Assembly (NCBI RefSeq): GCF_000315625.1
Contig: NW_005434665.1
Location: 1,004,796 to 1,068,795 of the forward strand
Origin: Guillardia theta CCMP2712
Lineage: Eukaryota; Protista; Cryptophyta
DNA: 64,000 nt
Reading direction: 5' to 3'
Shown here: positions 12,452 through 25,116 of the stretch, one piece after another
Layout: each line of letters opens with the position of its first letter
Position numbering within the stretch: position 1 is the first letter of the stretch
Notes under the pieces: model-generated
Told to the model about the DNA's origin: nothing
What the model saw: only the letters and a program-made list of their open reading frames with translations
Databases searched by the model: none
Made by a program: the position numbers and the translations under genes

Positions 12452-14457
12452 ATGCAGTGCAAGAAGTTCTGCCCGATATGGTGGCTTGCCTCTTCTCTGT
12501 TGCTGGCTTCCTCGATCAGCGCTATGAAGAGCAGGATGAACAGAAGGATGACGCTATGGAACTGCGCGTCTGATGTCCTTGCACTGTGCAGCGATGTTGA
12601 GCCTGGCGATGGGAGAATGGAGGCTTGCTTGATAGCACAGCATGCCTACTTGACCGCGATGTGTGCTGAGAAGAAGCAGAGCTCCTTTTCAGTCCCAATG
12701 TCATGCAAAGATCACGTTGAGACTCATTGCAGTGACATCATAGATGATGGATTGCGATTGACATGCCTGCGGAGAAATCATGAGAAGATATCTGCAGAAT
12801 GCAAGAATCACATGTCTGCGCTGGAATCAGACTCATGGGAGATGTTGCATCACCGATTTAAGAGTATCAGTGTAGATTCTCCCTGCACCAGAGCTTTCAT
12901 CCGAGCTTGCAGGAGTGTGACTTGCGGCAAAGGCGGTTTGCAGGACTGTGTTGCCAAGAACTGGCAGAGGCTTCACGCAGACTGCGGTCTTCTTCCTCCT
13001 GAAATGCCCGAGAAAGTGCATGAAGTCTGTCAGAAAGACTCGCTCATCTTGTGCAAGCACATCGCTCCGGGCAACAGCCGAGTCGGTGCTTGCCTGCGGC
13101 AGTTCGATGGGATAAGAACGAGAGATGGCTTGACCTTGAGTGATGATTGTCGTTCGGCTCTCATCCTTGAAGATGCCAAGATGGACATTGCTTGTGCTTC
13201 AGACGTCTCCAAGTTCTGTGGGCCGGATCATCGCTCACAGGAGGAACTTGTTTCTTGCCTCCGCCCGCACCAAGAGAAGCTGGTGAGAACGTTGATCTTG
13301 CTCGTCGGGCTTTCCTCATAGCTGTTTGCAGGCCATGGGATGTACAATCAGGAAACACATGCATGAGTTCTCTTCGAAGGCTCCCATGCATGAAAATCTA
13401 CACACAGGAGCTAGTGCAGAAGGTTGCACAGCAGACATCAGCAAGTTCTGTGCGGGGATACCGGCAGGGCAAGGCTTGATTCATGCTTGTCTTCTGAAGA
13501 ATAGGTAAGGAAGAGCATGGGGCATCGACAACCTTTGAGTGTCAGTTGAAGGCACAAACTCTCTCCACTGTGTCGAGTACCACGAGGACAAGTCGTTAAA
13601 CCCATCACGCAGACCTCGAGGTCTGTTGGTGATTCAGATCTCAACAGCTGACGATCTTGTCTCATCAGAAGTAGAATCGAAGAAGCGAGCGATGAGGCAA
13701 TGCGGACACTGGATGACGACATGGCCAAGCTCAAAAGCCTCATTGATAGAGAAGTCGAGGCGTTTCAGCAAGCCGATCTCGATTCTTCTGGAGACCTTGA
13801 TGTGCATGAATATGTCCTGGCGATCCGATACTTGCTCGCTGAGGTCAGTTGCCCTTTCCCTTCAGCTCGCTCACTCCCGTGTACTTCAGGACGACACCGT
13901 ACACATCCGCAGTACGTTCATGGAGGCCGACCTGGACGGGAGGTAGGCATTGATGGCTAGCTCCTGCTCGCTGACTGATGGCGGCAGCAACACAGTGGAC
14001 GCGTCAGAGTTTCACCTCTTTGCCAGCAAGAAGCTGAAGGATTCTTCCTCCAACACCACTGATGGCAACGTGAGCTCAGCCGGCACAAGCTCTACCCTAT
14101 CGACCGAGACAAGTCCTAAGGAGGGCGACAGCTCACGTAGGACAAGGAGGTTGAACGTTCTGCAGATCTTCTTCTCCAGGTTCGCCTTGTTCTCTCCCGA
14201 TGCCTCGCCGCTCACTCGCCCTCAGCAAGTGGATCTTCATTCCCGCACTCGTCGTGGTCGCTCTGATGGTCTTCACTTACCGCTCTAGTGTCCGTCGTGC
14301 TGAGAAGCCCAGCAAGTGGTTGGGTGTTCGTAGCCACAAGGTAGACAAGAGGAGAAGGGTCGTGCTCTGTTTCGTCTTGATCTTTCTGCAGCGGCAGGAG
14401 GGGCCCGGCAGGGATAACGTGCGAAGGCCGACGCCTGTCGCTCGCCGACGACCATGA
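12452..14457 (+). CDS. Secretory membrane protein with cysteine-rich GLG1-type repeats, two EF-hands and a C-terminal TM
   Basis: Signal peptide; repeats such as CASDVLALCSDVEPGDGRMEACL and CTADISKFCAGIPAGQGLIHACL; EF-hand loops DLDSSGDLDVHE and DLDG|SNTVDASE; TM WIFIPALVVVALMVF. Confidence 0.75.
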
Positions 14458-14513
14458 CAGTGACGACCACGCCGCCGCACAGCGGCATGATTGTGACAGT
14501 GTTCAAGTTGTAG

Positions 14514-14725
14514 CTCAGCGGCGCCGGTGCAGCACGGTCTCTGGGCCAGTAGTCCGATCAGTCATCACGGTGATCCGGCGGCTCGCGAGAGTCAGCCTGT
14601 GACTCAGGCCCGGCTTCCCCCGGCGACGTGACTTAGTAGCAGTGCCAGCGCCGGGCCCGGCCCGGACCGTTCCGAGTTCCGGTACCGTAGTACCGTAAGG
14701 AAACGGTCCCACAGTGACTCCTAAA
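14514..14725. other. GC-rich palindrome-dense intergenic island (copy 2)
   Basis: CCGGGCCCGGCCCGG, GTGACTCAGGCCCGG, CGGTACCG, CAGTGACTC. Confidence 0.65.
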
Positions 14726-14807
14726 CTTTCAACGGTTGAGAATTTCAATACAAGTTCCAAATCTTTAAGTCCAAACTTCAAAGTTTTGCCACCGCGTCTC
14801 TTCGTGC

Positions 14808-16476
14808 ATGGCAATGCGTGAGGTAGTTCTCCGCGCGGGTCTGGCGGCCATGGTAGTCGTCCTCGTTGCCTTGACGGTCTACAAGAGGCAGGTAGGATGA
14901 AAGCTCTAAGATTGAAGGAGCTCAATTTGATCTCTTGATGAACTTGATGTCAGGGCCGAGGAAGAGAAGTTTTGCTTGGAAGGAATGTTTTGTCCTCCAG
15001 GGACAGTTGGCTGGGGAACAGAGCGAAAAATCTAGAGAAATCAGCTCAGATGTTGCAAAGAATGGCTAATGAGAAGATATCGGAGACCAAGAGGATCGAG
15101 GCGATGCAGTCGTTCTTGAAGCAGGCAAGGAGTGAGTTGAAGGCGTACTCAGCAAACATCGACGGCTTGGTGGAAGCAAGGGACTCCAACGTATCACCGC
15201 AAGTTCTCGATCAGGTAAATCTGATTGTTTTTGGCTCAGAGAGAAAGAGGAAGAGGGAGATTATATCTGATCGCTTTTGGCTGGAATTCTTACCATCGTC
15301 TTGTAGTTTCCGAGGGAAGCTGCTGAATTGCATGCTCTGATGGATCACACGCTGGGAGAAGCAGACGCCCTGTCGTTGAGTTTCGCACATGCCCCTGCCA
15401 TGCCCGCAAGAGAGTGGAAGAAGAGCACGGAGGTTGTTGTCGACTGTTATAGTGATTAATTTCTGCTGACCGTGGATACTGAATCAGCAGGTTCGCAAAC
15501 AGGTCAAGAAGTCTGTTCATCCCCAACAGTTGCATACAAGTTCAGCTGCTAGCTTGCGGGAGCAAAAGGTCAAGGCTGTTCTCAACAAGTTGAAGCAGGT
15601 GAAAGAATTCGAGAGAAAGATGAGAAACGTAAGTTTCTTGGACCCTGCCACTGCTGCCTGTGACTTCAAATCTTCAGCCTGCTCTGAGGAAGCAAGAAAC
15701 GTTGAAGCTGTTGGGACAAGTGACGGCGGCTGCCAGACACGGGCAGACGCACATGTTGGTTCAGCCTGGTCCGCTTCTTGGAGCGATGAACGTGAGGGAT
15801 GGAGCGCTGGTTGAATCCGACCCCAAATACAGACCAGCCGACATCGAGCAGGAGAGTGAAGACCCCGAGGTGATAAAGAATCAAACTGTGCCGGAGTACT
15901 CCATCGATGAAGACAAGGTTCTGATGCCTCTCTCTCTATCTGCGATGAAGTCATTCGTGCCTATCCTCAGGTTCTGGCCTGCAACGTTACGTGCCAGAGA
16001 GCGATCATCGACTCGACATTCGGTTTGACTTTTAAAGTTGCGTCAAAGTGTGTGCCCGAATGTGCGCATGGGCACTACATCATGAAATTGAGGGGCGAGC
16101 CTTTGCCGGCGTGGACCAATGTGGATCAGGTCGTTCAAGAAAGGAATGATTTTCATCGTGCTGAATTTGCAAAACGCTGGCAGTTGATTGAGCAGGACTC
16201 TCTCTGTCGCGAGGATCCGGAGTACAAGAAGTGCAAGCTGGATGCACTGGAGCCGGCGTGTGACAAGATCTCCGAGTTCATGCCTCAGGTTCCCTGATTT
16301 CCCTTGCTCGATCCTAACCTTCTAACTCGGTGCAGTACTGCCTCATTCATACTGAGGAGGGCATTTGCAAGCAGTGCAAACAAGCTCAGCTGTTTGAGGA
16401 GGATCTTGGGGAACATCACAGAAGCATTCTGTGTCGATCTAACGCGGAACGCTATGAGATCTGCTCGAAGAGATGA
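14808..16476 (+). CDS. Hypothetical secreted or signal-anchored protein with coiled coil and Cys-rich C-terminus
   Basis: MAMREVVLRAGLAAMVVVLVALTVYKRQ first exon; spliceable exons through CVPECAHGH...CREDPEYKKC...CKQCKQ...EICSKR*. Confidence 0.6.
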
Positions 16477-16686
16477 AGATGTTTGTTGTTGCTATGCATT
16501 CTTGAGATGCGTTCACAACACTCAAATTCCACTAGTTATATTACCCGTAAATTATTTCTTTCACAAATACATAAAAAGTCAGAGCCTCCTTGTCAGAGTT
16601 AACAGTCCTCCTATGGGATTCATAAAATGTGCTGGTAGCAGCATTCGAGCACACAAGCATGAGCCATGTGTCCTCGGTCTATCGGA

Positions 16687-17382
16687 TCAAAAAGCGTAGG
16701 TTCGGCCTTTCCGAATCGGGTTGGCATCGGCTTGCACCTCCCTGTTGTTGTGGAACTCAGGAATCAGCATTCTTGAGCTGGTTGGCGAACTAGAGAAGAT
16801 GTTTGGAGGCACCAGGTGAGCAGAAGCAGCGCTCAAGACATTAGAGTCTGGTGCGGGCACTTGCGCTGCCCTCTGAGACGAATCATCCTGCATGAGAGCA
16901 AGCCATGTGGAGTCATCATATTCCTTGGGCTGTCGCTTCGAGGCTAAAGCATCCTCCCCCGAAAGGTTGGTCTCCTGACCTGCCGGCAAACTCGAGCGCA
17001 GCTTCACTCTCGTCTTTGAGCTCGCAGCTTCGTCTTGATAATCCCTGTCTTGCACAGTTCGTTTGTTTGCATAGCTGCCAAACAAGGGGAACATACTGCA
17101 GAAGTATATCGACATCTTCTTGAGTACCACACTGTTTCTCATGTTGTAGGACTTGTCTACAATAGGCCGAAGAATCGTATCGACTCGCCGAAACTGTTTG
17201 GTGCACCAAACATCGAGCTCGCCGGCACTGCTGAAGCCGAAAAAACTTGCACCATACACGAGCACTTGCTGCGCTTTCTCCACTGCTCTCGAGACATACG
17301 TCTTACGTTCAGCAACATGCTTGGTGTACGTCTTGAGGTTTTCATACGTGTAGACAACCAGAGTATCTTGGTTGTTACTCAT
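16687..17382 (-). CDS. Hypothetical protein (amphipathic N-terminal helices, low-complexity tail)
   Basis: ~230-codon open frame preceded by a splice acceptor (likely a 5'UTR intron); no family recognised. Confidence 0.55.
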   Translation of the reverse strand: MSNNQDTLVVYTYENLKTYTKHVAERKTYVSRAVEKAQQVLVYGASFFGFSSAGELDVWCTKQFRRVDTILRPIVDKSYNMRNSVVLKKMSIYFCSMFPLFGSYANKRTVQDRDYQDEAASSKTRVKLRSSLPAGQETNLSGEDALASKRQPKEYDDSTWLALMQDDSSQRAAQVPAPDSNVLSAASAHLVPPNIFSSSPTSSRMLIPEFHNNREVQADANPIRKGRTYAF

Positions 17383-17937
17383 CCTGAACAATCAACAATG
17401 ATTATTCAACGTGCACGCAAGAACAACAAAACAACAGGCAAGCGATCGCCCTGAACAAAGTGCCTAAATCCTTCATTATGCACTGGTATGCTAAACTCGT
17501 ATATTCACAGGAAGCCTCCACTATCAAAAATGGGCAAACATGAGCGACAATCGAATATGCAGGCGAAGCGATGAGAGAGTTAGATGGGTAGCAGGATTTT
17601 CAAACACCAAGAGGCCAAAGGATCAGGAAAAAAAGAAAACAATAGACATTAAGAAGACCAGATGAAAGAGATCAAACAAACCGAGCACACAACGGGAAGG
17701 CATTAACAGGGGTTGGAAGAGTATAACAACGCGAAGGAAGAGGAAGGGAGGGGAATAAGGTACAGGAGGAGCAAGAAAGAGGACAAGGATGTAGAGAGAG
17801 GCTCGACGAAGAAAGCTTGAGAGGGGAGGAGGAGGGAGGGGAAGAAAAGCAGGCGAAGCATGGCGGGCTGTTGAGGCGACCAAAAGTCGTTTTTTGTATT
17901 GAAGTTTGAGCGACAAATGTATCCCCAAGGAACTTTG

Positions 17938-18058
17938 ACGAGTCACCGGCGGGTCCCGGGCCGAGCCTCCGACCGGCGACTCCGGCGGCCAGCCGCTGGC
18001 TCGCCGGGTCGGCCCAGCCTGCCTCAGTACTAGGCCCAGGGCCGGGGGTTGTCTCAGT
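17938..18058. other. GC-rich palindrome-dense intergenic island (copy 3)
   Basis: GAGTCACCGG, CCCGGGCCG, GCCGCTGGC, CAGTACT. Confidence 0.55.
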
Positions 18059-18066
18059 TGATCACT

Positions 18067-21000
18067 TCACTCCTCTGCTCCTTGTCTCACAACCCCCGCG
18101 CGGGCCACGCAGTCGATGAGAAACTCGAGCGAGTTGACCTGGTGCAGACCTACGAGCTGTGAGGAGGAAGAGAGGCTAGCGACTTGCTTGACCTGCTCGC
18201 CACTCGTACGGTAGGAACGTCCTGCCATGGATGGATCCTGACTAGCACGTCAGCTGCTTGACCTCGCTTGCTCGAGCTCTTGCCCATCACGATGCCGATC
18301 AAGGCTGTGCGATGTGAGCTGTTACCGCCTGCCGTGAGTCAGCCGATGCAGCAGAGTCAGGCAGTGCAGACCCAAGTTGACGCTCGTCTCGATGGCTGTC
18401 CTTGGCTGCTGCAGATACTTGATGCAAAGAAAGCTGAGGGGGAATGAGACAGGGAAGAGGAGGAACGATTCTCACAGCACGCAAGGGAAGGTGTGGTCGA
18501 GCGAGGAGCTCACGCTGCTGTAGACTATCCCAACCACCTGCTCGCTGTCAATGCCCAAGCAAACAAGGCGAGCTGAACCTCGTCCTCAGGGAGGGAGAGC
18601 AACAACGACAAATCCATCTTCTCTGCCCTTGCCGCTCCCTCGAGTTCAGAGAGCTTGCGCAAGCATGTGAGAAGCAGACACGCAAGAAGCTAAGAATCAC
18701 TGGATCATGTCCGAGGATCAACCTGTGAAGCAAGTTGGCCCACTTGTAACCGTATCTGCACCAGCGTCATCTGATCTCCCTCCCTCCTCTCACCGCTTCT
18801 CCTCACTGCTGAAGGCGCTCGCTCCGAAAGAACAGCTCTATGTGCTGGTAAACCTTGGAGAGCGTCAGCTTCGTTGGAGCTGGCAGCCACCTACCATGTC
18901 GAACAAGCCTCCCTCAGGAACCATCGGGAGAGGATGCTTCTCGCTGAGGAGAGGGAGTCACACGCTACATCATCTTCTTCTCTTGAAGCTTCACCTGTAC
19001 TTGATGGCAGGAGAGCTGCCTGAGATCGCGCCTTCCGACCGGCGTCCTTGCTCCACAGCCAAGAGAACGATGATGGGCGTGATCTGAATGAGGGCGTGGG
19101 ACGCGTGCTCGAGGGCCCCCGAGGTCAACCCGGCGGAGTAGTAGGGCTTGTTGCCATGCGAGTATCTCTCGAAGAATCTGAAGAAATCAAAACGAAGACG
19201 GTCAAGGATAGAGGGAGAGGGAAGAGGGAGAGAGGCAGAGAACAAGTGGATCACTGGATGTAAACATCGTCGATGTACGTATCCTTCATCTCACGGTCGG
19301 AGAGCATATACTCGATGAACTTGTTCAAGAAGTCATCTCTGTCGTAAGTTCCTGTCTCGGCAATCTTGTGCAACGTCACAACTTGTGGGAGGCATCGAGG
19401 TTTGCTCACGCTCTTCAGCAAGACTTGTGCTGTCTGCGCGTTCAAGGTGTTCATGCCCTTCTTCAACGACCTGTGCCTGCTGCAGCATCAGACCAGCTGA
19501 CGAGCCTCCAACTTGCGTACGGGTGAACTCCTCGCTGCGAGTGGTATCGCTCCATGCCTGTCATGATGTCCGACTTGCGGTTCGGTTGCCGGATCTGCAG
19601 CTCCTCAGCTCTCCCCGCAGCCATCAGGTCAACCCGCACAGATGAGGGGAAGAAGCTGCTCGAGTCGCTTCCCAGCAGTCTCAACCTGCTGCTGATGCCC
19701 AGGTGCATGCCTCCGTCCGCGTGTGCGGCGTCAAGTCTGTTCAGAAGGATCAGCAGGCATGGGCGTGCGAGGGAGCTCACGGGTCTGCGAGCTCTCCGAT
19801 GCTCCCATAGTCTCGCTGCAGAGCCTTGCGGTTCACGTGCCCGTCCGAGGGCCAGCCCATGGCATCCCCACAGAACAGGCCCCACAAGCAGCCGACCATC
19901 CGCTCGCGCAGGCTGTGTGGAGGCGTCAGGAGGCTGAAAGCCGTCGGGCGTTGGCCTTGCCTGGGGGGAATGAGCGCATCGAGCGAGCGCTTGTAGCTCT
20001 CCAGCATCTCCTCCCTGCACGCCTCCATCAAGCTCAGCAGGTCGAGCAGACGCGACTTGACATGTCGGCAGCGGACGCGAGCTGATACTGACTCTCTGCT
20101 TCCTTGAGGAACGCGTTGGCCATGGCGAGACGGAGGTAGATCTGATAGACAGCTGAGAGTGAGCTGGGAGAGGTCGAGCGCTACCTTGTACTTGTGTAAG
20201 ACTATGGCATTCTGCCACTCGCTGAGCTCGATGCTCCCACTCCCTTCACATGCAACTCAGCAGCTCCCTGAGAACCTCGGGATCACCGTCTTCGTCGAAG
20301 TCCTGGAGCTGCTTGAAGTCACTAACTGGAAGGGACAAGAAGCAGCAGCGTCACCATGGCGTGAGCTTCTCGTCGCGAGAGGAAGACGTTGATCTTCGAC
20401 AGCGACTCTTGAAGCTCCACGGCATCGATGGCGCCAGACTTGTCCTGCAAGAGCGTGAGCACTGGGATACAAGAGGACGAGACTAGTTGGCTGACCTCGT
20501 CAAACTCTTCGAAGATTCTTTTGACGAAGATTTGCGTGTCTTGCGGATCGATCTGACAGGAGGGTGAGGAGGCGGGGGATGAGGAGTGTGGTACCTCGCC
20601 GACGATGAGAGCGTCCACCTTATCGAGAATCTGATCGCCTTTGACGCGAAACAGCAGCTTCTCTTGTTCCTCTCTGATCAGCTCTTCCTGAGACCTCCTT
20701 CAGAGGCCCAAGGAGTTTGCAAGCGTGTCTTCACCACGATGGTTTTCAAGGTAGGCTTGCCCATGACAGTTCCAGTCAAGTTGTTCCTCTCATCTTGAAA
20801 GGAATCAAGAAAGTCTTGACGATTCACTTTACCTGTCTCATCTGATGCACCAATCTCGTCCATTCTTGAGAATTGTTCCATGGAGGTTTTGAAATGGCTT
20901 GTGACAAGTCACCAACAGACATCATGAGCGGGCGGTTGCTCACGTTTTGGACAAGTCAAGTATCTCCTGCAGCTGTTGGGTGTCTCTTTCCTTGGTGGTG

Positions 21001-21770
21001 GCTCGACTGGGAAACTGCTTCAACCCCATCACCTGAGCGACAAGCTAAGAGGCTTTATCCACGCGAGCTACTTCACATGCTGCAAGGACGCCACTCCTTC
21101 CTTGTCCCCTTGCTCCCTGTTGTCACAGCATGTCATCGCTGCTCCTCTCCTCTCTGACTTCACTCGACCTGGCGATCGCGATCTGTCGCAGTCGCTCGAC
21201 CTTCCGGCCTTCGGCCTCGATGTCTTCATCCTTCATGTTGTACAACTCCAAGTCGGCTGTCTGCACCTGCAGCAACGAGCATGCTCAGATCGCGATGATG
21301 TCTTGTTCAAATCTCACGAAATGCATCGCATGCTTTTCTTTCAGCGCGTTTAGCTGATGCAGACTTCAAGGGACAACATGGTGAGTACAAATATGATCTA
21401 ATGGCCTGTTCTTACTATTCCTTTGCCTTCTCATAAAACGCTTGAGCTTCATGCAAACATTTTCTTTCCTCCAACCACCTAATGTTTGGTCAACACCCGA
21501 TATTTCTTGCAATCACCAAGATACAAAGATTTCTCCGATGCCTGCGCAAACTCAGTCACCCAAGGGACCTTGCGGATAAACATGTCTGTCACCTCCGTCT
21601 TGAGGAGGTTGAGCCTGCAGTAAGCCTACACGCGATTGAGAGTGAGCGACAAGCACGGGAAGTAGGAGAGAGACCAGCGCCTTGTCTGCTTCCGTCTTTA
21701 GTCGCAGAGCCTCTGCTTTCACCTCCTTCCCTTCCGCCAGGCCTTCCGAATCCGCCGACGCGATCTTCAT
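18067..21770 (-). CDS. Coiled-coil + EF-hand + ADP-ribosylglycohydrolase (DraG/ARH-like) fusion protein
   Basis: EF-hands FEEFDE|DKSGAIDAVEL and FDEDGD...GSIELSEW; ARH motifs RERMVGCLWGLFCGDAMGWP, KGMNTLNAQ, YDRDDFLNKFIEYM...DTYID, SVNLG|GNSSHRTALIGIVMG; stop at 18067-18069. Confidence 0.75.
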
Positions 21771-22076
21771 GGCTGCGAGCCTTCCGCTGCTTGATCGGAC
21801 CGTGAACTAAGTTCCGACTCGGACGATGAGATCTCACTGTGACTCAGTCCACTACATGGCATGTCGGGGCATCATCGCAGCCTCTCATGGTTCTGCTCTT
21901 GCTACATTCCCTCCGCTCTCCCGCCTTAGGCAGTTTGCTGGTAGCACCGAACTTGATAGCTCCACCAGTGCCCCGCCCGGCGATGGGACTTACGGCGTTC
22001 AGTGGCCGGGGCCCGGCCGGGCCGTCGTTGATACCCGCGTAACGAGTGGTGTAACGTCCTGAGCTGCCTCTTCGCC

Positions 22077-23919
22077 ATGCGATCTCTAGCGGTGGATGGC
22101 GTGAGGGGGGCGGGGGCAGCGATGATGTGCGCAGCGATGCTGCTGCTGCTGATCATGCAGAGAGATCATGTCAGACCCACGGGCCTCGTAAGCTCGAGGC
22201 AGAGTCGCCTGAGGCAGCAGACAAAGGCTCATCGCGTGCTGAAGTCCAGGAAACAGGAGCTTGCATCGTTCCCTGATGCCACTCCTGAACTCGATCTGCC
22301 GCATGTCGACACTGCCAGAGACGCAGAGCCTACCGACTTCTTCAACCAATGGTCGAAGGAGGATGACTCTAAGCTTCCTCTCCCCACCCTGTCACTTGCA
22401 GGAGCCCGCGGCAAGGACCGTGCGAGGAGAAGAATCCAGATGATGCACAAGACGCAGAAGCTTGCACCTGCGGGGGGAGACTCTGATTTACCCACTGCTG
22501 CAGATAACCCAGTTGGCGTTGCTGCCGCCGCCAAGATCTTGAAGGACGAGGAAGGTTTCGACAAGTCGATAGGCGAAGGGAAAGATGCGTTGGAAGAATG
22601 GAAGAAGGCAGCCAAGAACTCTGGTCCAGCCATTCTTGATTCGATCACTGATGACGCGACCTCATTCAACCCCTTCCCTCACCAGAGTCTGTCGGAGAAG
22701 CTTGAGATTCAAGATGTTTGGAACAACGCTAGGAAACTTGCGAAACCTGCCGGGAAGTTGAGTGATGATCCCAAAGAAACGAAGAAGTCAATCATGAATG
22801 CAGAAGCTCAAGCAGAATCTGCAGCATATCTCGCAGCCAATGAAGCAGCGGCAGTTGATGCTTATGATCTTTCCATGCCGAATCCTGATATGATGGCAAA
22901 GAAAGGCCGTAGCAGTTTGACTGGACAAGCTCTCGCCAACAAGAACCAAATGCATTTGCAGGGACAAGCGATGGCTGTACACTCACACCATGGGCCCCTC
23001 TCCTCTCAGGCCTTAGCAGCGTGGCGAAGGGCCGATCGCATGAACGGCAGAAAGAATGCCATTATGAGCCGCACGCAGGCATTGGCCGACGTCGATGGCG
23101 GTGCAGCTTTGAAACACGGGAGCAAATCCATCGATGCAGCGATTGTTCGACTTGTGAAGCAGGACGAGAAGACGATCCGCAGTGACGTCAATAGATATCG
23201 TTTGGCTATAGCGAAGGCTCAGGGAGAAAAGGACGAGGCGGTGAAACTCGCAGGAGCCGACAGCCAAGCTGTGAAGGATGCAGCAACCATGATAACCAAG
23301 GACAAGGTCCACATTCTGATGGATGGAGGTAGAGAAATGGAGGCGAAACGAATCATGAAGGCAGCCGAGACTCTTGAAAGCTCAGCAGCTCAGCAGTCCA
23401 GTGGGGCCAAAGCTTTGAAACCCAAACCAGTGGAGATGGAACGAGGGCAGGTGTCTGACACAGCAGAGCAGCCAATCGAGGTGCGGATGAGGTCACGCGC
23501 AAGGAATGCACATAAGCCCAGCCTACTAAAGCAGAATTTCAAAGCCACAGACAAAGTAAGTCCCACAACATGCGCGCTTAGGCGACTTGTTCGCTTATTC
23601 TGCATTCTAGGTACAATTCAACGGGCTTCATTCATTGCCGGACGCTGGATCTACCAACGGTATGTCGAAGTAAGAAGGCGCAGATGAAGAATGACTTTTT
23701 TGCTGTACAGATCATGTCCTGTCTTCGTTCATCGACAAGGCGTTGGGGGACGAAGCCACCTCATTGGACGATATTCAAGAAGACATCCATGGTAGCACTG
23801 GCAAGCCAATGCTGCCGCAGCATGTGACTTTCAACGGGGAGATGAACAAGGGCGTTGATCCTCTCACGGTGTTTGGGGTGTTTGACACCAGGACTGCGGC
23901 ACAAATCTATCAGAAATAG
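22077..23919 (+). CDS. Hypothetical secreted Ala/Lys/Asp-rich protein with repeated Q-x-L-A motifs
   Basis: ~490-codon first exon with an N-terminal hydrophobic segment, then two short introns (~23556-23610, ~23660-23710) restoring frame to TAG at 23917-23919. Confidence 0.7.
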
Positions 23920-23975
23920 CTTGTAAATCTTTGTATTCGAATTAGAGGCAGCGTGAAACACTTTCTACGACTTTC

Positions 23976-25116
23976 TCAATTCTGTAATGCTGACGACCGA
24001 GCGACAACCTCCTTGAAGCGTCGGGCTACCACGCTCCCCAGCCACTCTCCAAACACTTGATAGCCTGTCTCGTTGGGATGCACTCCATCTCCTGACATCA
24101 CTCCTCCAAATCGTTCGTGCACCCTCCGCCACCATCGCACGCTTGGCTTGGGGACGAAAAGCATCGACGGGTTCTCCAAGCACAAGGCCTTCTGCGACTT
24201 GAGTTACATCAAGTTGCAAAAGGAGGAGGGATTACCTTCTGCTCATCAAAAACCTCTGAAATCAAAATTACAAATGATCGAAGCGGCTCTGGAAATCGCG
24301 TGGGCTCCATCGGCAGCGCAGGCAAAATGATCAAACAATCCTTACAACACAGGTCAAGTCGACATTTCACAAGACACCAGAATGACTCACAGGCCCCAAA
24401 CATTCGCGCAGCTCCATTATGAAATTTTCAAGATCTCGCCGAAAAATAATAGCTGTCCTGCCCTTCCACAGCTTCTTGAAGTCGTTCAACCCACAAATAA
24501 TCACACAAGCATCGATCCTCATGTCAGCTTGGCCCTCCCCGCTCGTCCGCCTGGAAGCGTCTGTTTCATTGGAGTTCGCATGACCGCTACTTGTGCTCGT
24601 TCGGTTCCCTCGCACGAGGCTTCTCACGCTGTCGATGGTGCTCTGATGAATCGTACGAGCGTCTCCTCCGTCAATCCCAAACGACCTCCATGCCACGTCC
24701 GACTTGAACCTCTGAGCGAACCCGCGAGCCAACGACTGGGAGATGACAGGAGCCGCGTTGCATCCTACTCCGACCACTAGCGAGTCACCGAGCACTATGA
24801 TGCGTTTCATGGACGAGTGTCCTGGTTCACCGTCATAGTACTCAATACCGAAAGACCTGTCCTTCTTTGGGTGCGGCAATGGCTCGTAAGTGCCTTGCAT
24901 GTACGCTGTCTGTGCTGCCACAATGCTTCCAAGTACGCTTGCGCCAGCAATGAAGGGATTAGTGGGATTGAACATCAGCTTGGTGAATCTTCGCATGAAA
25001 CTCACATCGAGGTGCTCGATTGCTAGTCTTGTCTCTTCTGCCCTGTTCGTGGGCTGATCAGTCTGCGGGAGAGGAAGGCTGGTTTCCACTTCCATCTCGG
25101 TTTGAACTTCAACCAT
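23976..25116 (-). CDS. SGNH/GDSL hydrolase
   Basis: Block I IVLGDSLVVG, block III GLND, block V DGVHPNETGY; short introns in the 3' half. Confidence 0.88.

Noticed and set aside
16687-17382. Perilipin/lipid-droplet protein assignment
   Set aside because: Only a vague helical resemblance; needs a profile search.
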